From Giardia intestinalis (lineage: Eukaryota), in the NCBI GenBank assembly GCA_000002435.2, contig CM018792.1: 64,000 bases of DNA; one strand, given 5' to 3'. Below the pieces are notes generated by a model that ran no database searches, had not been told where the DNA came from, and saw only the letters and a list, made by a program, of their open reading frames with translations. The translations under genes and the position numbers were made by a program. Shown here in pieces: positions 30,409 through 39,984 of the stretch (position 1 is its first letter; the number at the start of each line of letters is the position of its first letter).

Positions 30409-31653
30409 TTAGTAGGCTTTATTGATATTGTCAACTAAATCTTTGCTGTAATTGGCCGTTAATTCTGACAGCATTGTAGGGAAAAATTTAATCGATGTAT
30501 TATCAACTTTTAATGCTTCTGTCACGATGCTTGCTCCGTCATGCTCCTTGTTTCTTCGCCTCCATGAGACAAAAGAGTCAAGGCCAGTAACATTCTTTTG
30601 AATGTCACAATTCTTTTCCAGGGGCGCTATGTCCCTCTTTGTAATTACCTCACCCATAGCAAGCTCATCATATACCTGTATTTTATCTACTGAGCCCACT
30701 ATTTGGTGTGTCTCTCCATATGAATCCTTTTTCCGCGGTATTGCACTATTAACTGCAAACTCATGATCAATAAGCGTGCTTGCAGGTTGACGCACAAAGG
30801 ATAATCCAGTGTAAAGACTCTTGCTATTTGGATACTCTTCTAAATCTAGCCCGGCCAAATTGGTCAAAGGAGTGCACGTCGTGGTGGGTGCGTTGTTGAA
30901 CTTGTGTTCAGCGGTAACCACTGACTTGAGTGACCTAATTATTGGCCTTGCAGATCCATGGGCAACATACTTACTAAAAGGTAATAGCCTCTTCGTGGAT
31001 TCCTGAGTCATTTTGCTAGGAAAATATGCATCAGGCGATGTGCACGAGTCATTTTGTGAAGAAGGACTTTCACGTAACTTGGTCAGAAGTCGTGAAAATG
31101 GTGCTTTTCGAGTTTTAGGCCCATTTGGAGAGTCGAAGCCAGTCTCGTCAAGTACTTCTAGGGTCTTTTTTACCTCTTTATCAATAGAATCGTTTATTGC
31201 GGCTGCAGCAGCTGCTAGGGACTTCTTTTCAGCAGTGAGATAATCGCTGGGCGCTAAGCTGCCCTTTAATCTTATTAAAAGCGACGGCTTTAGAGCAGGA
31301 ACAGAAAGAGAAGTATCTGCCGAGGCCGACTGCTCAATGGTGAATTGTGTGGTGTCAGATACTCTTCGCTGTCTAATAGCGTTTTCTAAGCCTTTGGTCG
31401 GAGCCTTATTTTCAATAAAGGGCTTGCAGGGGCCTTTCTGTCGCAGCATAGCTACACTCTTCTTCCACTCTGCTGGCGGTTCTTGCGGGTTTAGCAAACG
31501 AAGGATGTCTGTCGAAAGGTCTGCGGACATCTGGGATATCTCGGATTGTATTGGAGGCGCGCTTGGTGATGCTGCTTTAGGGGATGCAAGAGAGCTTTTC
31601 AGTTTCCTTCCTACCGTTCTAAGAAGCTGTAGTGTCACAGGAGGAGACTCCAT
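30409..31653 (-). CDS. hypothetical Ser/Pro-rich, probably disordered protein, 414 aa
   Basis: Clean ORF of low-complexity composition. No strong initiator or polyA motif was found, so support is moderate. Confidence 0.5.
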   Translation of the reverse strand: MESPPVTLQLLRTVGRKLKSSLASPKAASPSAPPIQSEISQMSADLSTDILRLLNPQEPPAEWKKSVAMLRQKGPCKPFIENKAPTKGLENAIRQRRVSDTTQFTIEQSASADTSLSVPALKPSLLIRLKGSLAPSDYLTAEKKSLAAAAAAINDSIDKEVKKTLEVLDETGFDSPNGPKTRKAPFSRLLTKLRESPSSQNDSCTSPDAYFPSKMTQESTKRLLPFSKYVAHGSARPIIRSLKSVVTAEHKFNNAPTTTCTPLTNLAGLDLEEYPNSKSLYTGLSFVRQPASTLIDHEFAVNSAIPRKKDSYGETHQIVGSVDKIQVYDELAMGEVITKRDIAPLEKNCDIQKNVTGLDSFVSWRRRNKEHDGASIVTEALKVDNTSIKFFPTMLSELTANYSKDLVDNINKAY

Positions 31654-31826
31654 AGAGTCTGGAGGAAAGGAAATGCCGCGTGTTTTTTACCAATCTCGCG
31701 GAGAAGGAAGTGGTAGATCAGCAATAGTTATTCACTTTATGCACCACATGATTGACTTCTAATCTTCTTCAAGCGTGCCAAGCAAGAAGAAATAAGCATA
31801 ATGTGCCGCAAAATGCAGGATACAGG

Positions 31827-33533
31827 CTATTCTGGAATTATATCTGTATGGATCATCAGATAACCATTGAGTTCCTGCATAGCACAGGTGAACTGCTCAT
31901 CAACGTTCTGGTTATCTCCTAATGGATCCACCTTTGCTTCTGGGGCAGGAAGAGAATCCGAAGATATCACTTTGGGGGCATCCTCCTTATCGAGTGCGGG
32001 ATCAACAACAGATTTATCAATCATATTCTCGTCAAGGAATTGCTGAAGCCTAACCAGGAGCTCCTCTCTATACAACCCTACATTGTCATGGACCATTTCC
32101 AACTCATCGACAATCTCCACCGGTTTGTCCATCAGAGAAAGTACGTAGACAAAAGATACTTGATTCGGAAGAGAAATTTCAACGTTGATGCGAGACGTGA
32201 GACTAGACTTGGTTGGTCTGCGCTTAATTACAACTGAAGAGGCTGTATCTAAATTGGCAGGAACATGGAGAATAGAGCCTGACTGATCAGTGGACACAGT
32301 CTCAGAAGCAAGCACATGGCTCAAAGAGTTTGTCACTGCTGTAGTGGGCACAGCAACATTAACAACACTAACGCCCATGCTCGCCGGGCACACAGGCTTA
32401 GATAAAGACTGTGGAATGTGGGACTGCTGAGGACCACGTGGCGAAGAAATTGGTAGAGAGGATTGCTGTGGAAGTTTTAGAGCTGTCTGAGCCGCGTTAA
32501 CAGCAGTATGGCCTGTTGACTGCATAGTTTGTTCATGTGTTCCAAGAGATACTTGTGCAGAGGGTCCATGGTCCTTTGCATCGGTGGTGAGCTTTCCTGT
32601 GTCGGACATATTTGACAGAAAGGGCTTGCTTAGCAACTCGCGTGCACTCGGGCGAGCAGAGGGATCCTTATTAATACATAGCAATATAAGGTCCTTCATC
32701 TCCTTGTGAACAACTTTATTTAGCCCGTTCGGTGGGATATTGCCCTCGACCTTCTTGAGCACATCAACTATATTCGCACACTCTAGGTATGGGGTATCGC
32801 GCGTAATAAGTTCCAACAGCAACATACCGAATGCATAGATATCCACCTTCTCATCATAGTGTGCATTGCTGTATGTTTCAGGCGCCATAAACTCAGGTGT
32901 CCCTATGCAACTGACTGCTGTAGATTGAAGGCCTAGCGAAGCGCACAGACCCAGATCCCCGACCTTAACAACACCAGTGGCCCCGTTAATAAATATATTT
33001 TGTGCCTTAATGTCGCGATGGATTATCTTTGGTTGACACGTGTGCATGTAGTTTAGGGCTTCTAAGATCTGAAGGGCCCAACTCTTAAGCACAGGGGTTG
33101 TCAGGGCTGTGGGGTTCTTCTTCAAGTACTTCTTTAGGCACCCAGACGGCATGAGCTCAGTCGTGAAGATGAGCAGATTGCTACCTTCGAACCAATGATC
33201 ATAGAGCTTAATTATATTCTCGTGGTCAACATCTTTGAGAGCCTTGATCTCCTGAAATAGCTTGCTTGATGCCATTGGCTCCAGAGTGTCGAGGACGACC
33301 TCGTTCCAAGCCACCTCTCGGCCTGCTATCAAATCAAACGCCCTATAGACAGTTTTGAACGCGCCTTTTCCCAAAACATCCCCCGAGTACTTCAAGTAAC
33401 GGTCGGACGGCCCAAGAGTATCGGAGAATGGATTGTAATAAACGCCTTCGTTACGGAGCGGAGAGGATTCTACCTCAGGATACGGCTGATTCTGGGTGCC
33501 CGCAAATACACTGAGTGGAGCAACAATCTCCAT
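31827..33533 (-). CDS. WNK-like (with-no-lysine) protein kinase, 568 aa
   Basis: The Gly-loop GKGAFKTVYRAF carries the displaced catalytic Lys. Subdomain II reads EVAWNEV in place of VAIK. IIHRDIKAQNIFINGATGVVKVGDLGL is WNK-diagnostic. Confidence 0.8.
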   Translation of the reverse strand: MEIVAPLSVFAGTQNQPYPEVESSPLRNEGVYYNPFSDTLGPSDRYLKYSGDVLGKGAFKTVYRAFDLIAGREVAWNEVVLDTLEPMASSKLFQEIKALKDVDHENIIKLYDHWFEGSNLLIFTTELMPSGCLKKYLKKNPTALTTPVLKSWALQILEALNYMHTCQPKIIHRDIKAQNIFINGATGVVKVGDLGLCASLGLQSTAVSCIGTPEFMAPETYSNAHYDEKVDIYAFGMLLLELITRDTPYLECANIVDVLKKVEGNIPPNGLNKVVHKEMKDLILLCINKDPSARPSARELLSKPFLSNMSDTGKLTTDAKDHGPSAQVSLGTHEQTMQSTGHTAVNAAQTALKLPQQSSLPISSPRGPQQSHIPQSLSKPVCPASMGVSVVNVAVPTTAVTNSLSHVLASETVSTDQSGSILHVPANLDTASSVVIKRRPTKSSLTSRINVEISLPNQVSFVYVLSLMDKPVEIVDELEMVHDNVGLYREELLVRLQQFLDENMIDKSVVDPALDKEDAPKVISSDSLPAPEAKVDPLGDNQNVDEQFTCAMQELNGYLMIHTDIIPE

Positions 33534-33666
33534 GATGGGGTAGTAGTAGTCTTACTAAAGAGGTAGGCTGTACGGATGTCCGCTCTTTTGTACCAACTTA
33601 ATTTTTCGCATTAAATGTTAGTATTTTTTAATTTCTATACTTCAGCCCTCTGATTTACACGTCAAC

Positions 33667-34068
33667 ATGTGCATATTCTGCTCCATTGTTGCCCGCGATG
33701 TCCCTTCTGAAGCCGTTTATGAAGACGAGCACGTTCTTGCCTTTTTGGATATTATGCCGAGCGCCCCGGGTCACTGTGTAGTCATACCGAAGTATCACGC
33801 GGCCCTTTTCCATGAGCTCCCCCCTGCCTCCGCAGCTGCTCTAGGCGCTGCTCTTGTCAAGGTGTCTGGCGCGTTAATTAAGGCCATGGAATGCTCGTGT
33901 TACAATATTGTCAACAATAACGGGCCAGAGGCAGGACAGGAGGTTCCACATGTTCATTTCCACATCATTCCTCGTAAGGCCGGCGACGGTCTTGGGTACA
34001 AGTTCTCTCCGCAGAGTGGAGGAGACCTCTCTAAGATTGCAGCTCGCATAAGAGAATGTATGGAGTGA
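33667..34068 (+). CDS. HINT: histidine triad (HIT/HINT) nucleotide-binding protein, 133 aa
   Basis: CIFC...HVLAFLD..P.APGHCVVIPKYH...HVHFHIIPR contains the HxHxHxx triad. The TGA stop is embedded in AGTGACT. Confidence 0.9.
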   Translation: MCIFCSIVARDVPSEAVYEDEHVLAFLDIMPSAPGHCVVIPKYHAALFHELPPASAAALGAALVKVSGALIKAMECSCYNIVNNNGPEAGQEVPHVHFHIIPRKAGDGLGYKFSPQSGGDLSKIAARIRECME

Positions 34069-34153
34069 CTCAGCTGTCGCTAATTCCTGTCTACTATGAG
34101 CTCCAGTAATAACCAGGACTGCAGACGATCACTGAGCATCTGTAGAGCTGTGA

Positions 34154-35617
34154 CTAAAAGAGGAGCATAGCTGTTTCTACCAACTTAATGTATATAGGCT
34201 CTATGAGATCAATCTGATCGTTTATCCGCTGCACCTGATTGCTGGCTAATAGGGTAAATTGGAGTTCTTCAATTTGTTTCAATTTGCTCCTCATGTTATA
34301 GAGACAAGTAAAGGCTGCGTTGGCAGCCACGGAGGAGAAATTGGGGTTAGTGCTATACAGGAAGTAGCTCGTTTCAACCTTTGGTTCTGCACTGGTGGAC
34401 AGCATGGTTATCTGCAGGTACCCCTCTGTGCATAGTGTTGTGAGGAGCGAGACGGCCTGAGACCGTGGAATCATCCCCTCGGCAGCCACAACTGACGCCT
34501 CCATCATCCCTCTTGCTCGTATGATGTTGAACATGCGACGGGCCATGGGGCCATGGCGCTCCGCAACGATGCGTAGAAGCACTGCCATCTGCATGCGCTC
34601 TATTGCTGCATCTATGTCTACAATGTATTGCCCATCACTGGTCATGTGCATCATGGCTTTAGGTTCTGAAACGTACAGCTTGAGCACTGACGCACAAAAG
34701 GAAAGCGTGAAGTTGCTTCCTGTAGCATTTAGACTGTATTGTGCATTCATCAATGCGTCGTGCAGTTGCTCCAAGTTAAAAGAGCGCGTACTGGGTCGCA
34801 CATCTGCTGGAGAAAATGGACAAAATCCTAGAGCCTGAAAGGAGTTGGAGATGAAAAGGGCTGCACGAAAAACAGTGCCCATATCTCTGTCATAGACAGT
34901 ACAGACGTAGTCTGCCAGCTCCTCTTCCTGAAAGAGCGCGATAAGCTGCTCAACGCTCACGCAGTATGACTCTCCACTATCAGATACATTATCAGACTCC
35001 AGACTGTGCAAGCCATGGGAATGCTTCCGTGGGGGCTCTGTGGACTCGGGACCTTTGACGTTGTGACTCTGATGGTGATGTGCATAGTAAACCGAGGTAA
35101 GAAGATTCTGACAGCGTTCTCTGAGTTCTGAACTGCGTTGAACGACTCCGCGAGATAAGAGAGTGGATAAGGTTTCCAACAGACGTGGAAGCCCTACGTC
35201 TACGCCCATGGTGCGAAGAACCTCCAAGATCTCTGGTGCTGTCATGGAGCCACCCAGAGTGAGGGCGGCTAGTAGCTGATCCCCCAGACCATCAAGGTCA
35301 GAAACCCGGGGCAGAACAATGGGGCAGAACATTCGCACCATTGCTTGCTCAGAAAAAACACCATAGACCATGTGCTTTCTGCTCAACTCATGTCCATTGC
35401 GAATAACCGGAAGTTCCACAAAAAAAGCGATATTGTGCCTCAAGAGGGCCATCATGGATGTCTTGATGATGTCAGGCGGCAATCTAACGGCGGTAACAAG
35501 GTCATTGAGCGTGCCGAAAGCCACCTCCATGAGATATTGCACAATAGCGACCGCTGTGGTGTCAAAGTACTCCTCGACGCAGGAGAGGACAACACTTTTG
35601 AATCCTGAAAAGTGCAT
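34154..35617 (-). CDS. RNA polymerase III subunit RPC82/RPC3-like winged-helix protein (tentative), about 487 aa
   Basis: The N-terminus VLSCVEEYFDTTAVAIVQYLMEVAFGTLNDLV...ALLRHNIAFF parallels the RPC3 N-terminal winged-helix pattern (LC..LL.EHFG..V..IG..L...G...L..I......VK..L.VLVQHN). The first ATG is at 35617; the ORF tool started at TTG 35680. Confidence 0.55.
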   Translation of the reverse strand: MHFSGFKSVVLSCVEEYFDTTAVAIVQYLMEVAFGTLNDLVTAVRLPPDIIKTSMMALLRHNIAFFVELPVIRNGHELSRKHMVYGVFSEQAMVRMFCPIVLPRVSDLDGLGDQLLAALTLGGSMTAPEILEVLRTMGVDVGLPRLLETLSTLLSRGVVQRSSELRERCQNLLTSVYYAHHHQSHNVKGPESTEPPRKHSHGLHSLESDNVSDSGESYCVSVEQLIALFQEEELADYVCTVYDRDMGTVFRAALFISNSFQALGFCPFSPADVRPSTRSFNLEQLHDALMNAQYSLNATGSNFTLSFCASVLKLYVSEPKAMMHMTSDGQYIVDIDAAIERMQMAVLLRIVAERHGPMARRMFNIIRARGMMEASVVAAEGMIPRSQAVSLLTTLCTEGYLQITMLSTSAEPKVETSYFLYSTNPNFSSVAANAAFTCLYNMRSKLKQIEELQFTLLASNQVQRINDQIDLIEPIYIKLVETAMLLF

Positions 35618-35683
35618 GTGTTTAGAGCCTGGCGCAGACCTGGGACGAAAAGGCAGACAACCCTCACCGACAGAATTCAAAAA

Positions 35684-36253
35684 ATGGATATACGTACACT
35701 TAACGTTTTACTCAAAGACGTCGTCTCTTTTGTGGAGCGTGTCCTACTACACGAGCCCTCTCTTTATCGTATACCGGGTCCAGACACAGAGGCACGAGCC
35801 ATGCTTAACAAATATTTGATGGGGGAGCGGCCTAATCTGGACACTGAGCTTGTCGATCCATTCACCGCCACAACACTGTTAAAGTATGCCATTAAGAACC
35901 TTGACAAACCCCTCATCGCGAGAGAATTTTATCCTGCCCTAAAAATGATCTTGTACTTTGAGGAAAAATTGGGGCACGCTCCGGAACGGGCCCTCACCCG
36001 TGTATACGATAGCTTTCTGGACCAGGATAGAAGAGAGTTCTTCGAAGTCTTTGCCAAGCATTTACTGAAAGTAGCTGGGGAGCCAGAAAATAACATGACA
36101 CTGATAAACCTTGTAACGGTATTTGGCCCAACATGCATCTTGCCGTACCGGGAGATGCAGCTTGAGCAGATGCGTACGGGCCCAGCAATCCTCTTGTACA
36201 TTATAAACTTTGCTGCCAAGAGAGCAGGCGTGGCACAAGTCTGCACTACATGA
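35684..36253 (+). CDS. RhoGAP-domain protein, about 189 aa
   Basis: LYRIPG carries the arginine finger, followed by LLKYAIKNLDKPLI, the classic RhoGAP core. The initiator aattcaaaaaATG lies upstream. The gene is divergent from the RPC82-like gene across a 66-bp spacer. Confidence 0.75.
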   Translation: MDIRTLNVLLKDVVSFVERVLLHEPSLYRIPGPDTEARAMLNKYLMGERPNLDTELVDPFTATTLLKYAIKNLDKPLIAREFYPALKMILYFEEKLGHAPERALTRVYDSFLDQDRREFFEVFAKHLLKVAGEPENNMTLINLVTVFGPTCILPYREMQLEQMRTGPAILLYIINFAAKRAGVAQVCTT

Positions 36254-36288
36254 TTAGTAGGGCTGGATCTGCGAGGAAACAGACAGAA

Positions 36289-36618
36289 TTAAAAGAATCC
36301 TTTCTTGCGTGCAACGTGAACAAGGATAGTCTTAATTACATAGCTGCCAAGCACCAATATATTAGCCACAAGCAGAGGTGTGTGCATGCGCAGAGATTGG
36401 CTCTTCTGAACGACCTTACTAGAGCCTAAGGTGTTGTGAATGTGTGTTATGTTTCTATTTGTATGACTTCGAAGATGAGATAGACGCCTTTCAGCCTCCT
36501 CTATAGACCGCTCCAGGGTGTTAATAGTAATTTCTAAGCGCCTATCCTCTCGAGCAAGCGCCAAGGCACGCGTGTAGCAGGCGTGTGCTTGGGTTGCTAT
36601 CTCTGCTAAAGTCTCCAT
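36289..36618 (-). CDS. small tail-anchored coiled-coil protein (SNARE-like topology), about 109 aa
   Basis: An N-terminal coiled coil is followed by a single C-terminal transmembrane helix, PLLVANILVLGSYVIKTILVHVA. The initiator cttaataaaaATG lies upstream. The ORF tool started at an upstream TTG. Confidence 0.55.
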   Translation of the reverse strand: METLAEIATQAHACYTRALALAREDRRLEITINTLERSIEEAERRLSHLRSHTNRNITHIHNTLGSSKVVQKSQSLRMHTPLLVANILVLGSYVIKTILVHVARKKGFF

Positions 36619-36726
36619 TTTTATTAAGATAAGTTGGGGCTGACGGACAGAGCAAGGGTCGTACCAGGTATCTAAGGGCCTGTGGATAAAGGTAGATAGA
36701 ACCAAGAAAGACAATAAGCTATTGCA

Positions 36727-37044
36727 TTATTGCATAATGCTCGATTGAAGAACTTGGAGGAGAAGAATGCACACTATTGCTACTAGCGAACAACAATTGA
36801 CAAACAACACAGTGCTGTGAGCAGCACCTGTGAGCTTGAGTCGAAGAAATATGACCTCGCCATTTTTGTCCCTCCGCACGACATCAGCTTCTGTTCTTTT
36901 CCTCAATTGGTTCAACCTTGTTGTAAACGTATCGATAAGCTCCTGCATCTCGCCTATTCGTTCGTCCAGCTGCTGTATTTCATTGTTGAGGCGAATGCCC
37001 TCCATATAAAGACTCTGTGCTTGGTCTTCGATCAACGCCAGCAT
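36727..37044 (-). CDS. small tail-anchored coiled-coil protein, a paralog of the neighbouring gene, 105 aa
   Basis: A coiled coil (LALIEDQAQSLY...) plus a C-terminal transmembrane helix, STVLFVNCCSLVAIVCILLL. It shares the pattern LA.I..QA...Y with the adjacent gene. The initiator gagaaaaaatagATG lies upstream. Confidence 0.6.
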   Translation of the reverse strand: MLALIEDQAQSLYMEGIRLNNEIQQLDERIGEMQELIDTFTTRLNQLRKRTEADVVRRDKNGEVIFLRLKLTGAAHSTVLFVNCCSLVAIVCILLLQVLQSSIMQ

Positions 37045-37063
37045 CTATTTTTTCTCTTAAGCA

Positions 37064-39121
37064 ATGATACAATTAACTCTACGAACAGATGCTATTGAAG
37101 GACTCTGTGCTGCTATCTCCTACTTCATAGATGCAATGGCTGTATTCAAAGAGATTAATATGTGCTTCCTCTTTGAAAAGGCTCCTGCAAACCAGGCTAT
37201 TCACATTTTTGCAGCCACCACTGGCATTGACCCAAGCGGCGGCACTGCCTCTTTCCTCATTGACTCACCATTCATTGACATTGTCAACACGCCAGATCCG
37301 GCTCGAAGAGGAGATAATTCGTCAATCTTATTATCTGTCTATTCCTCTACCTTGGTTCCTCTTAAAACTCTGTTGGAGCATCACGGGGAGTACCCTCTAG
37401 TGATAGAGTTTAATGTTGTTGACGGTACCAGCTATGCCGTTTTCTTGAGGTACCTCTCGTTAATGAAGTTCAAGCAAGCGTTTGACAGTATGTATGTTTC
37501 CTCTCAGATCCATCTGAGTCTGATCAGCGTTACATATGGACTTACGCCTCTACAATATTTAGTAGCTATTACATCTATTTTTCAATCTACTTACCCAATT
37601 AGATTGCACGCACAAAAAAATGGTGGGCAGAATCCGCTGGCAAGCGCTCTTACAATTCGGCTTTTAATGAATAGTTGCTGTAGTCTAGTCTATGGATTGC
37701 CAGCATTTTATCCTAGAGTGCATTTACCCATCTTTTCCGTTGACGCATCTGACGCAAGTTCATTCCTGCGTCTTTTACGCAAATCTAGTGGCCATTCTGA
37801 TGGAAATCACCTTTCACTATCAACAAGCATTTGTAGGACAGCAGAGGCAGAGTTTGAGCAGCTTCAAACGTCCATCAAAGACAAGGTACCAGAGGTGCTT
37901 GATTTACTACATTGTCCGCATACATCTCATGCACAACAACTGGCTGGCCTTGTTTGGGGTACACTCAATACATCCCTTCTGACTCTTATGCATTGCCCCA
38001 AGCTCCTTGTCCAGCTGGGAGGTGCCACAACCAAGGCGATGCTGAATGCAGTCACCACTCAGACCAAGCCAATGCTTCAAGCGTCAGTGGATGTGGACCA
38101 GATTGCATCGTGCATTGCAGCAGCTCAGGGCCCTGAAGAATGCTACTGTGCATCCGATCTTTTCACATACTTTCAGTCTTCGCTTAAGTATGCATCTGCG
38201 TGCATGTATCTTCAAGGAGAAACAGCGCTGCGGTCGTTTCTTGATCTACAAACGCAGTACCCATCCATCTCCTATGAAGTAGTATTGAGTGCTTCTAGCC
38301 AGGAGGTCCTGGCCAGAGATCTTCAAAGCACAACTGGGGTCTTTGCATCATCTCTACCTGGAGTAGAGCTTCATGTAATGCGGCGCCTGGGACCACAAAC
38401 ATATGCAGTGGTGACAACCAAAGACCTTGTCAATCAGTTTTTTTTCGCTTTTTCTGGTGCTTTCTTCCCCTCGTCACCTCCCACACAAAAGGATAAAGCG
38501 ACGATGGACTATAAGCAAGGGTACGATAATTATACAGTTCCATCTCTGAGTATGCAATGCACGTCCAGTGGCAGCGGTGGACAGCAGATTAGACTTAATG
38601 TCAATCCGCAGCCGATTAACTATGTACACTCGCAATCTCCTGTGGTTACCAGTATAGAGCTGCAGCGGACCAAAAATACTCCACAGGTAAAAGAGACTTC
38701 ACCAACCAGCATGTTTGGTGTCAGGACTCCACCTACCCCAAAGGATGGTTCACCCATCCTTGACGACGGTTCTGTCAAACTAGTGGACCAAACACCAATC
38801 TACCTATCGCAGCAAAGCCCCAGTTCTAAGGATATTTGTCTAGATGCCTCTGGGAGTATAGTTGCCACATGCTTGAACAGTGTTGCCCAAGTATCATTAG
38901 GGAAAACTGCGGATGATGGTAATAGTATGACCCCTTTTCAATCTACCCTCCTTACCAGAGACAAGTCATTGCCCTCAACCAATCAACAAGCAGGTTCTGT
39001 TGTATCGACCCACCTATCAGATTGTCAATCCGAACATAATCTTATTTCCTATATTCTAGGGACGGACAGCGACAGTGGCATTAGTGGGGATATTGAGTTC
39101 ATAATGGATGCACTGTTGTAG
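37064..39121 (+). CDS. hypothetical protein, 685 aa
   Basis: Clean ORF. It is divergent from the 105 aa gene across a 19-bp AT-rich spacer, ctattttttctcttaagca. Confidence 0.7.
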   Translation: MIQLTLRTDAIEGLCAAISYFIDAMAVFKEINMCFLFEKAPANQAIHIFAATTGIDPSGGTASFLIDSPFIDIVNTPDPARRGDNSSILLSVYSSTLVPLKTLLEHHGEYPLVIEFNVVDGTSYAVFLRYLSLMKFKQAFDSMYVSSQIHLSLISVTYGLTPLQYLVAITSIFQSTYPIRLHAQKNGGQNPLASALTIRLLMNSCCSLVYGLPAFYPRVHLPIFSVDASDASSFLRLLRKSSGHSDGNHLSLSTSICRTAEAEFEQLQTSIKDKVPEVLDLLHCPHTSHAQQLAGLVWGTLNTSLLTLMHCPKLLVQLGGATTKAMLNAVTTQTKPMLQASVDVDQIASCIAAAQGPEECYCASDLFTYFQSSLKYASACMYLQGETALRSFLDLQTQYPSISYEVVLSASSQEVLARDLQSTTGVFASSLPGVELHVMRRLGPQTYAVVTTKDLVNQFFFAFSGAFFPSSPPTQKDKATMDYKQGYDNYTVPSLSMQCTSSGSGGQQIRLNVNPQPINYVHSQSPVVTSIELQRTKNTPQVKETSPTSMFGVRTPPTPKDGSPILDDGSVKLVDQTPIYLSQQSPSSKDICLDASGSIVATCLNSVAQVSLGKTADDGNSMTPFQSTLLTRDKSLPSTNQQAGSVVSTHLSDCQSEHNLISYILGTDSDSGISGDIEFIMDALL

Positions 39122-39148
39122 TAAGCTCGTGTTCGTAAACAAAAAAGG

Positions 39149-39886
39149 ATGGGGTGGGATCTGCCAATTGATGGGCTTCCTTCACCAGCTACAAGTCCTG
39201 GCCGTAAGTATTTAGAAAGTGACTACAAAATGAACAATAGCTTTCTGTGCGAACCGGAGTGTGAGGCGCCAGAACCCCATGCTGGGTACCATACTAATAC
39301 TGATTCTAGACAGGCTCCTATTGACACACCCGTAGAATTTCGCTATGTAAATGTTACAAATCCGCGGCAAACAAGCATAGAAACAGGCACATTCACGGTT
39401 AACACCCCCTCTGTCCCATGTATTACGGAATCCATAATTGATGATCAGGAGCTGGAGGGCCCCGCTGTTTGGCAGAAAAAGCAGCACGTAGGTATTCACT
39501 CAAGTTGTGGCAGCGACGATGATCTGTCTTTGAAGAAACCTGATCAACCAAAGATGATCAAGCCAGACTACACGTATCAGACCATGTCGTCTAACTTGCC
39601 TAAGATACCCACGGACGAGGAGCTGAACACGCTGATAGCTACAGAGACACACAAAACCAATATTCCTAAAAAGCGCCCTGTAAGCAATTTTGCCAAGACT
39701 GTTGAGAAAAAGGCACAATTGGCCCCTAAATCTGGCGTAGGAAGGGACGTAATAATGCGGAAACTTGGAGCCCTTCTTACAGACACTCCAAGCGACGTTC
39801 CAGTTTACTCTATGGACGACAAGACTCTAGTTGCTCTCACCGAACAAGCTCTAATGAGCTTCAGTGACTCTCTTTATAAGTGGTAA
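39149..39886 (+). CDS. hypothetical protein, 245 aa
   Basis: Clean ORF with the leader caaaaaaggATG. No domain recognised. Confidence 0.55.
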   Translation: MGWDLPIDGLPSPATSPGRKYLESDYKMNNSFLCEPECEAPEPHAGYHTNTDSRQAPIDTPVEFRYVNVTNPRQTSIETGTFTVNTPSVPCITESIIDDQELEGPAVWQKKQHVGIHSSCGSDDDLSLKKPDQPKMIKPDYTYQTMSSNLPKIPTDEELNTLIATETHKTNIPKKRPVSNFAKTVEKKAQLAPKSGVGRDVIMRKLGALLTDTPSDVPVYSMDDKTLVALTEQALMSFSDSLYKW

Positions 39887-39984
39887 ACCATATCACCAAC
39901 GCATGCAGAGACGTCAAAGGTTTGAAGAGTCCGTAGAGTACTAGATTGCCCCAAAGACTAAAATTCAGAAATTAAAAACATTAA

